The notes under the pieces: model-generated | The model's database searches: none | Told to the model about the DNA's origin: nothing | Seen by the model: only the letters and a program-made list of their open reading frames with translations | Shown here: positions 42,276 through 51,138 of the stretch, piece after piece | Position numbering within the stretch: the first letter of the stretch is position 1 | Layout of the letters: each line of letters starts with the position of its first letter | From: an uncultured candidatus Porisulfidus sp. | GTDB lineage: Bacteria > Pseudomonadota > Gammaproteobacteria > Poriferisulfidales > Poriferisulfidaceae | NCBI GenBank assembly: GCA_965199755.1 | Contig: CBDASZ010000001.1 | Coordinates: 224,001 to 288,000 of the forward strand | Direction: 5' to 3' | Length of the DNA: 64,000 bases | Position numbers and translations under genes: made by a program

Positions 42276-43315
42276 GTGTTAGAAACCGCCAACGTTTTCT
42301 GAACCCGTTTGGGTTGGCGTTTCTGGATGTGATGTCCTGCGGCCTAGGGGCTGCAGTGCTGTTGTTTCTGATTATTGATCACAACCTGACCGAGCAGGCG
42401 GTGGCCTCGGAGACCGGGGAGGAGGACGTTCAGGTCATTGAGGAGGCCATTGAGCAGCAACAGAAACTTTCTATACAACACCGCTTGCAGACGAAGCAGT
42501 TGCAGAAGGAACTGGAGCAGTTGTCCGATGAGCGCGTGGAGACGTTGGTCGCGCTGGCTGAAGCACGCTCAGGTAGCGCCGAGGAAGTGGATACGGAAGA
42601 ACTTGAGCGTCAGTTGCGAGAGAAGCAAGAGCAACTGCAGCAAGCCAAGGAAAGTCAGCAGTTGCGTGATATTTCCGGGGAAGGGCAAAGGCAGTACGTG
42701 GCGGGGTTTCGGATAACCGGAAAGCGTGTTCTGTTTCTGCTGGATAGATCAGCCAGCATGCAGGATGAGAAGATTGCCACCATCATTTACAACCAGTTTC
42801 TGCCCAATGAAACGCAGCGCCAAAGCTCCAAATGGCTTTGGGCCCGTTCTATTCTGGAGTGGATGTTGGCGGCGCTGCCAAAAGACGCGCAATATCAGGT
42901 CTGGGGTTTCAGCAAGAAATATAGCCCGGTTATTTCGAGCCGTTCCTGGATGAATGCCAGCAATGAAGAGGATATGCGGAAAGTGATTGAGGCGGTGGGC
43001 CGATGGGTGCCCAAAGACGGCACACGTCTGGATAAGATGCTAAACAAGGTCAAGAATATGCGCCCGGCACCGGATACCGTCTACATCATTACAGACGGGC
43101 TGCCGACACAAGGATCCAGTTGGTTTAAAAAATCCAAGGTTAGCCCGGAGAAGCGAAAGGAATTCTTCCTTGAGGCTACAACAAAAATCATGTTTCCAAG
43201 GTTCAATGTGGTGTTGCTGCCGCTGGAAGGAGATCCTGAGGCGGCAGGGTTGTACTGGCGTTTTGCCATGCGAACAGGCGGGCAGTTTCTGGCTCCGTCG
43301 AAGGAATGGCCATGA
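42272..43315 (+). CDS. TM + coiled-coil + VWA domain protein
   Basis: AFLDVMSCGLGAAVLLFLII TM, coiled coil, MIDAS DRSAS ... ITDGLP. Confidence 0.88.
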   Translation: MSVRNRQRFLNPFGLAFLDVMSCGLGAAVLLFLIIDHNLTEQAVASETGEEDVQVIEEAIEQQQKLSIQHRLQTKQLQKELEQLSDERVETLVALAEARSGSAEEVDTEELERQLREKQEQLQQAKESQQLRDISGEGQRQYVAGFRITGKRVLFLLDRSASMQDEKIATIIYNQFLPNETQRQSSKWLWARSILEWMLAALPKDAQYQVWGFSKKYSPVISSRSWMNASNEEDMRKVIEAVGRWVPKDGTRLDKMLNKVKNMRPAPDTVYIITDGLPTQGSSWFKKSKVSPEKRKEFFLEATTKIMFPRFNVVLLPLEGDPEAAGLYWRFAMRTGGQFLAPSKEWP

Positions 43316-44274
43316 AGCGCGCGCGACGTAATCAGGACAACAATTTGTCCTTTCTGGATGTGATCAGTTGCAGCTTTGGCGCAATCATCTTGCTGATCCT
43401 GATCTCCAAACCTGCGGATGGGCCGCCGATTGAGGATTTGAGTCTTGAGATTGAAGCCCTGAAGGAAGCGCTCGTGAAAATCACCAGCATTCGGGAAGCA
43501 CTGGCGGAGGAAGAGGACAAAACCGAGAAAAAACTTCAGGCGCAACGGCAGCAACTGATCGAGGACAAGGAATCTCTGCAGGAAGCGAAGCGCGCGCAGG
43601 CAGGAGCCGAAGCGCAAACCTTGATTGCGGGCACTCTGAAGGCGGCATTGCAGCGCCTTAATGAAGAGATGAAGCGTCTGGATCTGAAGCCGTCGGAGCC
43701 GGATGTGATTGGTGGTATTCCGGCCGATAGTGAGTATCTGATTTTTATTATTGACACTTCAGGGAGCATGAAGCGCTACGTGTGGGAGCGCGCCAAGAAG
43801 CAAATGGTTGAGTTGCTGGATGCGTACCCGAAGGTTCGCGGCATTCAGATCATGAATGATATGGGGGAATATATGTTTAGCGGCTATCGCAGACGCTGGA
43901 TTCCTGACACGCCGTCACGTCGCGAGATCATATTGAAACGCTTCGACAGTTGGAGTTCCTACAGCAACTCCAGTCCAGTTGAAGGGATCTTGGAGGCGAT
44001 TGAGCGCTTTCGCATGAAGTCGGACAAGATCAGTCTATATGTTTTGGGTGATGAGTTCACTGGACAGTCGCTGCAAACAGTGATCGACACCGTTGAGAAA
44101 CTCAACTATCAGGATGGCGAGCGTCAGGTGCGCATTCACGCAATTGGATTCTTCCCACGTGCGGTTGTGGCGCAGTTCCCGGACTATGCGCATACGACGA
44201 CCCGTTACGCCGCATTGATGCGCGAACTGACCCGCCGCAATGGTGGATCATTTTTAGGGGTGCTGGTGAATTAA
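43312..44274 (+). CDS. TM + coiled-coil + VWA domain protein (paralog)
   Basis: SFLDVISCSFGAIILLILI TM, coiled coil, MIDAS DTSGS ... LGDEF. Confidence 0.88.
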   Translation: MKRARRNQDNNLSFLDVISCSFGAIILLILISKPADGPPIEDLSLEIEALKEALVKITSIREALAEEEDKTEKKLQAQRQQLIEDKESLQEAKRAQAGAEAQTLIAGTLKAALQRLNEEMKRLDLKPSEPDVIGGIPADSEYLIFIIDTSGSMKRYVWERAKKQMVELLDAYPKVRGIQIMNDMGEYMFSGYRRRWIPDTPSRREIILKRFDSWSSYSNSSPVEGILEAIERFRMKSDKISLYVLGDEFTGQSLQTVIDTVEKLNYQDGERQVRIHAIGFFPRAVVAQFPDYAHTTTRYAALMRELTRRNGGSFLGVLVN

Positions 44275-44368
44275 ATGGGGCCTCAAGGCTATGTGTAGGG
44301 TGGAGGTCTTCGATAGAAGTTAGGTCTACTACGGCAGAAGTGGCTAGTCTTTATAAAATCGAATCTGG

Positions 44369-44669
44369 CTATTCGCACTCGTATTGAACTTCTGCCATAT
44401 CGATGACTTCTTGGCGGGAATAGCGACTTAATTCTGCGGCAGTTCTTAAATCCACTTGGCGTCTTCCAAACAAGGCCGATAATTCGATCTCCATGCCGGC
44501 CATACCAAAGAACCCATTCGGTCTGGAGGAATTCAGCCAGCAAGTCAATATCGCTGTTAGGACCAAAATTATCCCGCAATGCTGAACCAAAGATGGAAAG
44601 TTTTCGAATACCGCTATCGCGACAGAACGTACTCAATTCGGCTTCTCGGATCGATAAGTTGGGATTCAT
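44369..44669 (-). pseudogene. Frameshifted minimal nucleotidyltransferase (MNT antitoxin)
   Basis: IRKLSIFGSALRDNFGPNSDIDLLAEF in one frame, continued by FFGMAGMEIELSALFGRRQVDLRT..ELSRY in another. Confidence 0.78.
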
Positions 44670-44767
44670 GGCTGGAACCCACAAATTTGGGTTGATAGTG
44701 ATTCTAATTTCACCTTCCAATCAGGATGCAGAGAATTGGGCATCCTTCACTGACTAACAACCTACCG

Positions 44768-45622
44768 TTACTGTACTGGATCGACAGCCACCCAAGTTCC
44801 CAAATCACGCAACAATTCCGCTTCCTCTCCAAACCCTTCCAGCGCGGCCAAAGCCTGTTCTCCCAGCCCGGCAAGAAGCTTGCAGGTTTCCGCGTGTCCG
44901 AGTAAAGAAGGATAAGTCGGACGCTCTTCATCAGTGTCTTGCTCAATATCTTCAAGATCATCGCGCACCTGAAATGCCAGACTGACATTCTCCGCATACT
45001 GTTTGAGTGCTTCGCGACGCGGATCTTCTGGTGGGATCAATGTCGTGGGCATCATCACCGAAGCATAAATCAGACAGCCGGTTTTGAGTCGATAGATCTG
45101 CTCCAGCATTTCCACCGTGCACTCAGGCGCATCCAGCACACTCATATCCAGTTGTTGTCCGCCGATCATGCCGCAAGAGCCGCTGGCCTGACAGAACTGA
45201 TCCAGAATGCTGCGTGCCTCACTGGCGGACAAGTCGGGATCGGAGGCAACTTCATTGAAGGCGCAAATCAGCAAGGCATTGCCGGTCAGCAGGGCGGTGG
45301 CTTCACCGAATGCCTTGTGACAAGACGGTTGGCCGCGCCGGATATCGTCATCGTCCATGCATGGCAAATCATCATGGATCAGAGAGTACGCATGCACCAG
45401 TTCCGTCGCGCAGGCGATGCGGTCCAGACGCGATGCGTCGATGCCGGTCGCTTGGCCTGAGGAGTACACCCAGCAGGCGCGCACACATTTTCCTGGACTG
45501 GCCGCACCATGGCGCATGGCGGCATGCAAGCGTTGTGGTGCTACCTCTGCAGGAGGCAGGACTTCTTCAATGCGAGCAATAACCCGCTGCCGCAGCGGGG
45601 CCAGTTTAGCGATCAGGTCCAT
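44768..45622 (-). CDS. ispA: Farnesyl diphosphate synthase / geranyltranstransferase
   Basis: HAYSLIHDDLPCMDDDDIRRGQP, GGQQLD, KTG, FQVRDD. Confidence 0.92.
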   Translation of the reverse strand: MDLIAKLAPLRQRVIARIEEVLPPAEVAPQRLHAAMRHGAASPGKCVRACWVYSSGQATGIDASRLDRIACATELVHAYSLIHDDLPCMDDDDIRRGQPSCHKAFGEATALLTGNALLICAFNEVASDPDLSASEARSILDQFCQASGSCGMIGGQQLDMSVLDAPECTVEMLEQIYRLKTGCLIYASVMMPTTLIPPEDPRREALKQYAENVSLAFQVRDDLEDIEQDTDEERPTYPSLLGHAETCKLLAGLGEQALAALEGFGEEAELLRDLGTWVAVDPVQ

Positions 45623-45674
45623 ACGAGGAGGCCGCTAGCAGCAGGCAGGTAGTGGCGTTGATTCCAGACCCGGA

Positions 45675-45998
45675 TTACGCCGCGGAGCCGCTACCGCTTT
45701 TCGCTTTAGCGGGTGCTTTCCTGCGTGTGGTTGTTTTCCGTCGTCCGGTGGCGCGTTTTCTAGGAGGCTTGATGGTGTCCAAGCGTTTCTGTATTTCCTG
45801 CACGCGATCGCACATCTGCACCAGCAATTCGGATTGCGCGGAGAATTCTTCGCGGCTCACGATGTTGAGGCGCTTCAGTACTGTGTCAATGCCGCTTTCC
45901 GCAGTCTTTTTAATTTCCTTGCGGGAAGTCTTCAGTATATCTTCGACATCGACTTTGCGCACTAGGTCATTTATTTTGTCCCAGTCTATATTGATCAT
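45675..45998 (-). CDS. ubiK: Ubiquinone accessory factor UbiK (YqiC/BMFP) with basic tail
   Basis: LNIVSREEFSAQ..LL coiled-coil motif; adjacent to ubiE. Confidence 0.7.
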   Translation of the reverse strand: MINIDWDKINDLVRKVDVEDILKTSRKEIKKTAESGIDTVLKRLNIVSREEFSAQSELLVQMCDRVQEIQKRLDTIKPPRKRATGRRKTTTRRKAPAKAKSGSGSAA

Positions 45999-46074
45999 TT
46001 TGAGCGAGTCCTCTGTTTCACATAAATGAGACAGTGTTGTTATTCCCAAACAAAACGATAATTCGTTTTGCCTA

Positions 46075-46821
46075 TTATTGTTGGATGGTAGGGGTTACTC
46101 GTGCACCTCGATGAATGGCAACGATACCTGCACTCATATTAGCATATTGGCAAGCATAGAATCCTGCGGCGCGCATCATTTCGCGCATGCTTCGCTGATC
46201 AGGATGCCGATCAATGGATTCGGCAAGGTAGTGATAACTTGCAGAATCATTAGCGATGACCTGCCCCAGAAGCGGCAAGGCGAGATGCCGATACGCATGA
46301 TACCAGGGCGCGAGCCAGGACTCCGGCTTTGAAAACTCCAGCACCAGTGCCCAACCGCCGGGGCGCAGCACGCGGTGCATTTCACGCAGACAGCGTGACG
46401 GCTCGGTGACATTGCGCAGGCCAAACGCGATCAGCACTCGGTCAAAAGAAGCGTTGGGAAATGGCAATTCCGAGGCATCGCCTTGCACAAAAGGCACGTC
46501 CACTATCCCGGAATCCAGCATGCGATCCCGTCCGCGCGCCAGCATGCTTGCGTTAATGTCGCACAGGACAACCTGACCATCGTCGCCCAGCATCGGGCGC
46601 ATCCAGTTTGCAAGATCGCCGGTTCCCCCAGCCAGATCCAGCACGCGATAGCCCGGCCGCAATCGCGCCTGCAGCACCAGCGCTTGCTTCCAGAATCGGT
46701 GCAGTCCGCCCGACATCAGATCGTTCATCAGATCGTAGCGCTGCGCGACGGAATCGAAGACGTCGCCGACCAGATGGGTTTTCTCTTCGGGCGTGACTTC
46801 CGTGTAGCCAAAATGAGCCAT
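46075..46821 (-). CDS. ubiE: Ubiquinone/menaquinone C-methyltransferase
   Basis: HFGY, YDLMNDLMSGGLHRFWK, LDLAGGTGD, FGLRNVT. Confidence 0.97.
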   Translation of the reverse strand: MAHFGYTEVTPEEKTHLVGDVFDSVAQRYDLMNDLMSGGLHRFWKQALVLQARLRPGYRVLDLAGGTGDLANWMRPMLGDDGQVVLCDINASMLARGRDRMLDSGIVDVPFVQGDASELPFPNASFDRVLIAFGLRNVTEPSRCLREMHRVLRPGGWALVLEFSKPESWLAPWYHAYRHLALPLLGQVIANDSASYHYLAESIDRHPDQRSMREMMRAAGFYACQYANMSAGIVAIHRGARVTPTIQQ

Positions 46822-46822
46822 T

Positions 46823-47188
46823 CTAGTTCTCCATGACCTGCCTTGTGACGCCGGCTTCTTTCAGTCGCCGGAGGTAGTCATTCCAGCGTTCGGTGTAGTC
46901 CCGTCCCAGTTCGTACAGATAGTCCCACGAATAAATTCCAGTGTCATGGCCGTCGCTGAACACCAGTTTGACCGCGTAATGGCCCACCGGCTCAATGGCA
47001 TCGATGGCCACGTCTTCCTTGCCGATCTGCAAGGTTTCCTGTCCCGGTCCGTGGCCCATCACTTCGGCGGAAGGGGAATATACACGCAGGTATTCGCAGC
47101 TGAGACGAAAGCGTTCTTCGTGGAACGAAATCTCCAGGACTTTGGAGCGCTGATGCAGATGCAGTTCGGTGGGGGTGTGTTGCGCCAT
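46823..47188 (-). CDS. DUF971 (gamma-butyrobetaine hydroxylase N-terminal-like) protein
   Basis: EYLRVYSPSAEV.GHG, VGHYAVKL.FSDGHDTGIYSW. Confidence 0.9.
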   Translation of the reverse strand: MAQHTPTELHLHQRSKVLEISFHEERFRLSCEYLRVYSPSAEVMGHGPGQETLQIGKEDVAIDAIEPVGHYAVKLVFSDGHDTGIYSWDYLYELGRDYTERWNDYLRRLKEAGVTRQVMEN

Positions 47189-47200
47189 GATTCGAGTTCT

Positions 47201-48109
47201 TTAGTTGCGTCGCCGTTGCGCGCGCGGATGCGCGCGGTCGTACGTTTGCGCCAGATGCTGGTAATCGAGGTGTGTGTAGATCTGGGTGGTGCTGATGCGG
47301 CGATGTCCGAGCAACTCCTGCACCGCGCGCAGATCCCCGGAGGATTCCAACAAATGGCTGGCGAAAGAATGGCGCAGCAAATGCGGGTGCAGCGCCTGAT
47401 TGCTTTGATAGTGCAAACCGAAGCGGCGCAGGCGGTACTGTACGCTGCGCGCCGACAATCGCTTGCCGCGTTTGCTGATGAACAAGGCGGGTTCGTCCGC
47501 TGCCGCCCAGGTGTTGCGGATTTTCAGCCAGCGCGTAATGGCCTCATGCGCTTTTTGTCCGATCGGCAGTTTGCGCTCCACACGCCCCTTGCCCATCACC
47601 CGCATCTCATCGCTTTCCAGATCCAGATTCGGACAGTCCAGTCCGACCAGTTCAGATAAACGCAAGCCGCTCGAATACAGCAATTCCAGCATGGCCAGAT
47701 CCCGACTTTCCAGATCATCTTTGGGAGGGGTGTCCAGCAGGCGCATCAGGCCGTCAATGTCCAGTACCTGAGGCAGGTTTCGGGCCGGGTGCGGCACGCT
47801 TACGCCGCGCGCGGGGTTGTCAGCGCGCTGGCCCAAAGCGATCTGGTGCTCGTAGTATCCGCGCAAGGCCGACAGGCAGCGCTGAATGGTGCGCGGGGCA
47901 CGCCCGCGACGAAACAACTGTGCGGTGTAGCGCTGCACATCGTCTTCTTTAGCCTCGGCCAGAGGCAACGATTGATCCTCAAGCCAGGTGGCAAACTTGC
48001 GCAGATCACGCAGATAGTGGTTGCAAGTGTGCGGTGAATAATTGCGCTCCCAACGCAGAAAATCATGGAATTTCTGCAAGGACGCAGCACTCGCGTCACG
48101 GTCGCTCAT
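47201..48109 (-). CDS. xerC: Tyrosine recombinase XerC
   Basis: SGLRLSEL, GKG, HPHLLRHSFASH, ELLGH...TTQIYTH; dapF-DUF484-xerC synteny. Confidence 0.95.
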   Translation of the reverse strand: MSDRDASAASLQKFHDFLRWERNYSPHTCNHYLRDLRKFATWLEDQSLPLAEAKEDDVQRYTAQLFRRGRAPRTIQRCLSALRGYYEHQIALGQRADNPARGVSVPHPARNLPQVLDIDGLMRLLDTPPKDDLESRDLAMLELLYSSGLRLSELVGLDCPNLDLESDEMRVMGKGRVERKLPIGQKAHEAITRWLKIRNTWAAADEPALFISKRGKRLSARSVQYRLRRFGLHYQSNQALHPHLLRHSFASHLLESSGDLRAVQELLGHRRISTTQIYTHLDYQHLAQTYDRAHPRAQRRRN

Positions 48110-48813
48110 GAGGCGTCCTCCGCCAGCGCGCAAAAGCGCTCCAGAGTGGCCGCGATGCACGAGGCCACATGTGTCAGTAGTACAAACCCGTAGGCGTCGT
48201 CCAGTTCCTGTTCAGTGACGGTGCGGCACAACACCCCGTAGCGCCGCTTGCGCTTGAGTGGTGACAAAATCAGCACGTCCGTGTCGCGTTGTTGCTCTGG
48301 CCACAAGGCCGTTGCGGCCTCGGCGCTGCTGAGGCTTTCGGAACCCTTGCGGAACACGGTGCGCGCGGCGCGCTGCAGGTCGGTATGCTCAGGCAGCAGG
48401 AACGCATCCGGTGCGTTTGCGATTTCCGGCAGCAGCCGGATGGCCCAAACCGCCGCGGGGAAATGTCGATTCAATCGCTCCTCATGCGCCGTGAGCATGT
48501 CCTGCAGGGTATCGCCGTTGTCTTCAAGAATTTCTGCCACCATCAGCAGGATGTGATCAATCAGCCGCTCGTTGCGCTGGCCCTGTTCAAGGCAGGCTTC
48601 CAGTTCCTGATTGCGTGCCTGCAGACGTTGCGCCTGGTAGGTCTGAAACGACAAGGTGCCGTTCTCATTCTCGTGGTGTGGCAGGAGCATGTGCTCCAGC
48701 ACTTCCGGGAAAGTGGCCAGAAAGTTCGGATGTGCGGCCAGCCACTGCAACACTTCTTCCGGGTCCAGTTCCGGGGGCTTATCTTCCGCCACCGCGCGGG
48801 CCTTGGTGTTCAT
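48106..48813 (-). CDS. DUF484 (YigA-like) protein
   Basis: WL..HP.FL...PE.L..M.LPH N-terminus; lies between dapF and xerC. Confidence 0.8.
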   Translation of the reverse strand: MNTKARAVAEDKPPELDPEEVLQWLAAHPNFLATFPEVLEHMLLPHHENENGTLSFQTYQAQRLQARNQELEACLEQGQRNERLIDHILLMVAEILEDNGDTLQDMLTAHEERLNRHFPAAVWAIRLLPEIANAPDAFLLPEHTDLQRAARTVFRKGSESLSSAEAATALWPEQQRDTDVLILSPLKRKRRYGVLCRTVTEQELDDAYGFVLLTHVASCIAATLERFCALAEDAS

Positions 48814-49640
48814 AACTGAATGTTTCCGGTGAATGAGTATTCGGCGCTGCCACGCAGTTGCACGGATTGCGTCTCATCGCCACTCCATTGGACTTCCAGA
48901 TCGCCGCCCGGCAGGGAGACAGTGACCGTGTCTTCCAGTTTCTCAAGCAGGCGTCCGGCCACCACCGCGGCGCACGCGCCGGAGCCGCATCCCGGTGTTT
49001 CGCCCACTCCACGCTCCCAGACGCGCAGGCGCACATGGCGCGGCGTGACAATTTCCATGAAGCCGACATTGGTGCGTTGCGGGAATCTGGGATGGGACTC
49101 AATGCGCGAACCGAGGGTGTGCACAGGCGCGCTGTTGGTGCCGTCCACTTCAAGCACGGCGTGCGGGTTGCCGAGCGACACGGCCGAGATCTGATATGAG
49201 TTGTTGCCGAGGTCCAGAGCATAGGAGGGCTGCCGCTCCCGGTGGACGAATGGAATGTCGTCCGGGATCAGTCTGGGCGCGCCCATATCGACGGTCACCG
49301 AGTCATCCTCATGGATGTGTATCGCGATTGGTCCGGCGGGTGAGTCCGCTTGCATTTGCAGTTCGCCATAGCCGCGATCCAGAGCGTAGCGCGCCAGACA
49401 GCGTACGCCGTTGCCGCATTGCTCAACAGACTGGCCGTCGGCGTTGTAGATCAGATAAGAGAAATTCGAGGTCTTGTTCGAGGGAAGGTCAATCACCAAT
49501 ATCTGATCGCAGCCGATGCCGGTGCGGCGGTTGGCCAGATGCTGGATATGATTCAGTGTCAGGATGACGTCTTGCTTGCGCGCGTCAAGCACCACAAAAT
49601 CATTCCCCAAACTTTGCATTTTGGTGAATTGCAGACGCAT
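48810..49640 (-). CDS. dapF: Diaminopimelate epimerase
   Basis: FTKM..LGNDF, EQCGNGVRC, GNPH, ERGVGET..CGSG. Confidence 0.97.
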   Translation of the reverse strand: MRLQFTKMQSLGNDFVVLDARKQDVILTLNHIQHLANRRTGIGCDQILVIDLPSNKTSNFSYLIYNADGQSVEQCGNGVRCLARYALDRGYGELQMQADSPAGPIAIHIHEDDSVTVDMGAPRLIPDDIPFVHRERQPSYALDLGNNSYQISAVSLGNPHAVLEVDGTNSAPVHTLGSRIESHPRFPQRTNVGFMEIVTPRHVRLRVWERGVGETPGCGSGACAAVVAGRLLEKLEDTVTVSLPGGDLEVQWSGDETQSVQLRGSAEYSFTGNIQL

Positions 49641-49678
49641 GACGGCATTGTACTTGACGCGGCGGTCAAACGCCGTCG

Positions 49679-50350
49679 TCAGACCGCCGCCAGTTCTTCG
49701 CGCATATCGTGCAAAGTGGCGGTGTAGTCGTCGGTACCAAAGATGGCCGAGCCGCACACGAAAGTGTCAGCGCCAGCCTGTTTCACGGCGCGAATATTGT
49801 CGATGTTGATGCCGCCATCGACTTCCAGACGAATGTCCTGATTGGTGGTGTCGAGCAACTGGCGCACCGTGCGCACCTTGTCGTAGGTTTGCGGGATGAA
49901 CTCTTGTCCGCCGAAGCCCGGATTGACCGACATCAGCAGCACCAGGTCGACATTGGGCAGAACGTGATCGAGCGCGTTGATTGGCGTCGCCGGATTCAGC
50001 ACCAGTCCGCTTTTGCAGCCCATGTCCTGAATCAGTTTCAGGCTGCGGTGCACATGCACCGAGGCGTCCGGGTGGAAACTGATGTAACTGGCACCGGCTT
50101 TTGCGAAATCCGCGATCAGACCGTCGACCGGCGTGACCATTAAGTGGACATCGATTGGCGCGGTGACGCCATGCGCGCGCAGGGCCGAGCAGATCATGGG
50201 ACCGAAACTCAGATTCGGCACGTAGTGGTAGTCCATCACGTCGAAGTGAATCATGTCAGCGCCCCCGGCCAGTACTGCATCCACTTCCGCGCCGAGTTTG
50301 GTGAAGTCGGCGGACAGGATGGACGGGGCGATATAGTCGGGCTGAGCCAT
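49679..50350 (-). CDS. rpe: Ribulose-phosphate 3-epimerase
   Basis: [36 protein letters not shown]. Confidence 0.98.
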   Translation of the reverse strand: MAQPDYIAPSILSADFTKLGAEVDAVLAGGADMIHFDVMDYHYVPNLSFGPMICSALRAHGVTAPIDVHLMVTPVDGLIADFAKAGASYISFHPDASVHVHRSLKLIQDMGCKSGLVLNPATPINALDHVLPNVDLVLLMSVNPGFGGQEFIPQTYDKVRTVRQLLDTTNQDIRLEVDGGINIDNIRAVKQAGADTFVCGSAIFGTDDYTATLHDMREELAAV

Positions 50351-50421
50351 GGTCGAAAAAGCCTTGAAATGCGAGAGTGAGTATACAATGAGCCGCCATT
50401 GAAATTGTATGTTCAGTACGC

Positions 50422-51138
50422 ATGCCGGATCTCACCAACATCTGTTGGAGCTATGTCGGTGCGGAAGGCCCGGAACACTGGGGCGAATTGCATCCCGACT
50501 GGAAGTTATGCGCCGAAGGCTTGCGGCAATCGCCGATTGCGCTGCCGGAAGATTCGACTGCCAACATTTCCGCTGCGCCGCAGGCGTTGCGCTTTGACTA
50601 TGCGCGCGTTGCCGCGCGCCTCACCGAGATGCCTTATCTGGTGCGCGCTGAGGTAGATTCCGGGTTGGGTATTCGTTTGGGGGAGCAGGATTTCGCGTTG
50701 CGGCAATTCCACTTTCACACGCCTGCGGAACACCGCTGGAGGAATAGCACGGATGCCGATCCGGCAGAATTTCATCTGGTGCACCGCAGCGATTCCGGCG
50801 CGATTGTCGTGCTCGGAATCCCGTTACGTTATGATGCGGAACCTCTTTTGTCGCCGGCGCTGTGGGATGATATGCGGACGCACGAATCCGGCGAGTCTTT
50901 CACCGTTGACTTGCTCGAGATGATCCCAGCCACTGCGAGTTACTTCAGTTATTCCGGGTCGCTGACGACGCCGCCGTGCACCGAGGGGGTGCGCTGGTTG
51001 CTGGCTGGCGAGGCGCTGGGGATCAGCCGCGAGAGTGTCACGTGGTTGCAGCGTCAGACCGGTGCCAACGCGCGACCACTGCAGCCGTTGGGAGACCGGA
51101 TGGTGCAGCGGGTCAGCTGTTGCAGTACACATGAGTGA
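50422..51138 (+). CDS. Alpha-class carbonic anhydrase
   Basis: [52 protein letters not shown]. Confidence 0.93.
   Translation: MPDLTNICWSYVGAEGPEHWGELHPDWKLCAEGLRQSPIALPEDSTANISAAPQALRFDYARVAARLTEMPYLVRAEVDSGLGIRLGEQDFALRQFHFHTPAEHRWRNSTDADPAEFHLVHRSDSGAIVVLGIPLRYDAEPLLSPALWDDMRTHESGESFTVDLLEMIPATASYFSYSGSLTTPPCTEGVRWLLAGEALGISRESVTWLQRQTGANARPLQPLGDRMVQRVSCCSTHE

Noticed and set aside
40457-44274. Zorya defence system, or classical ExbBD/TolQR/MotAB
   Set aside because: No long ZorA tail, no OmpA-like ZorB/MotB domain, no ZorC/D/E, and no TonB, TolA/B/Pal or flagellar genes
47201-48109. Phage or island integrase
   Set aside because: Sequence and dapF-DUF484 context identify housekeeping XerC
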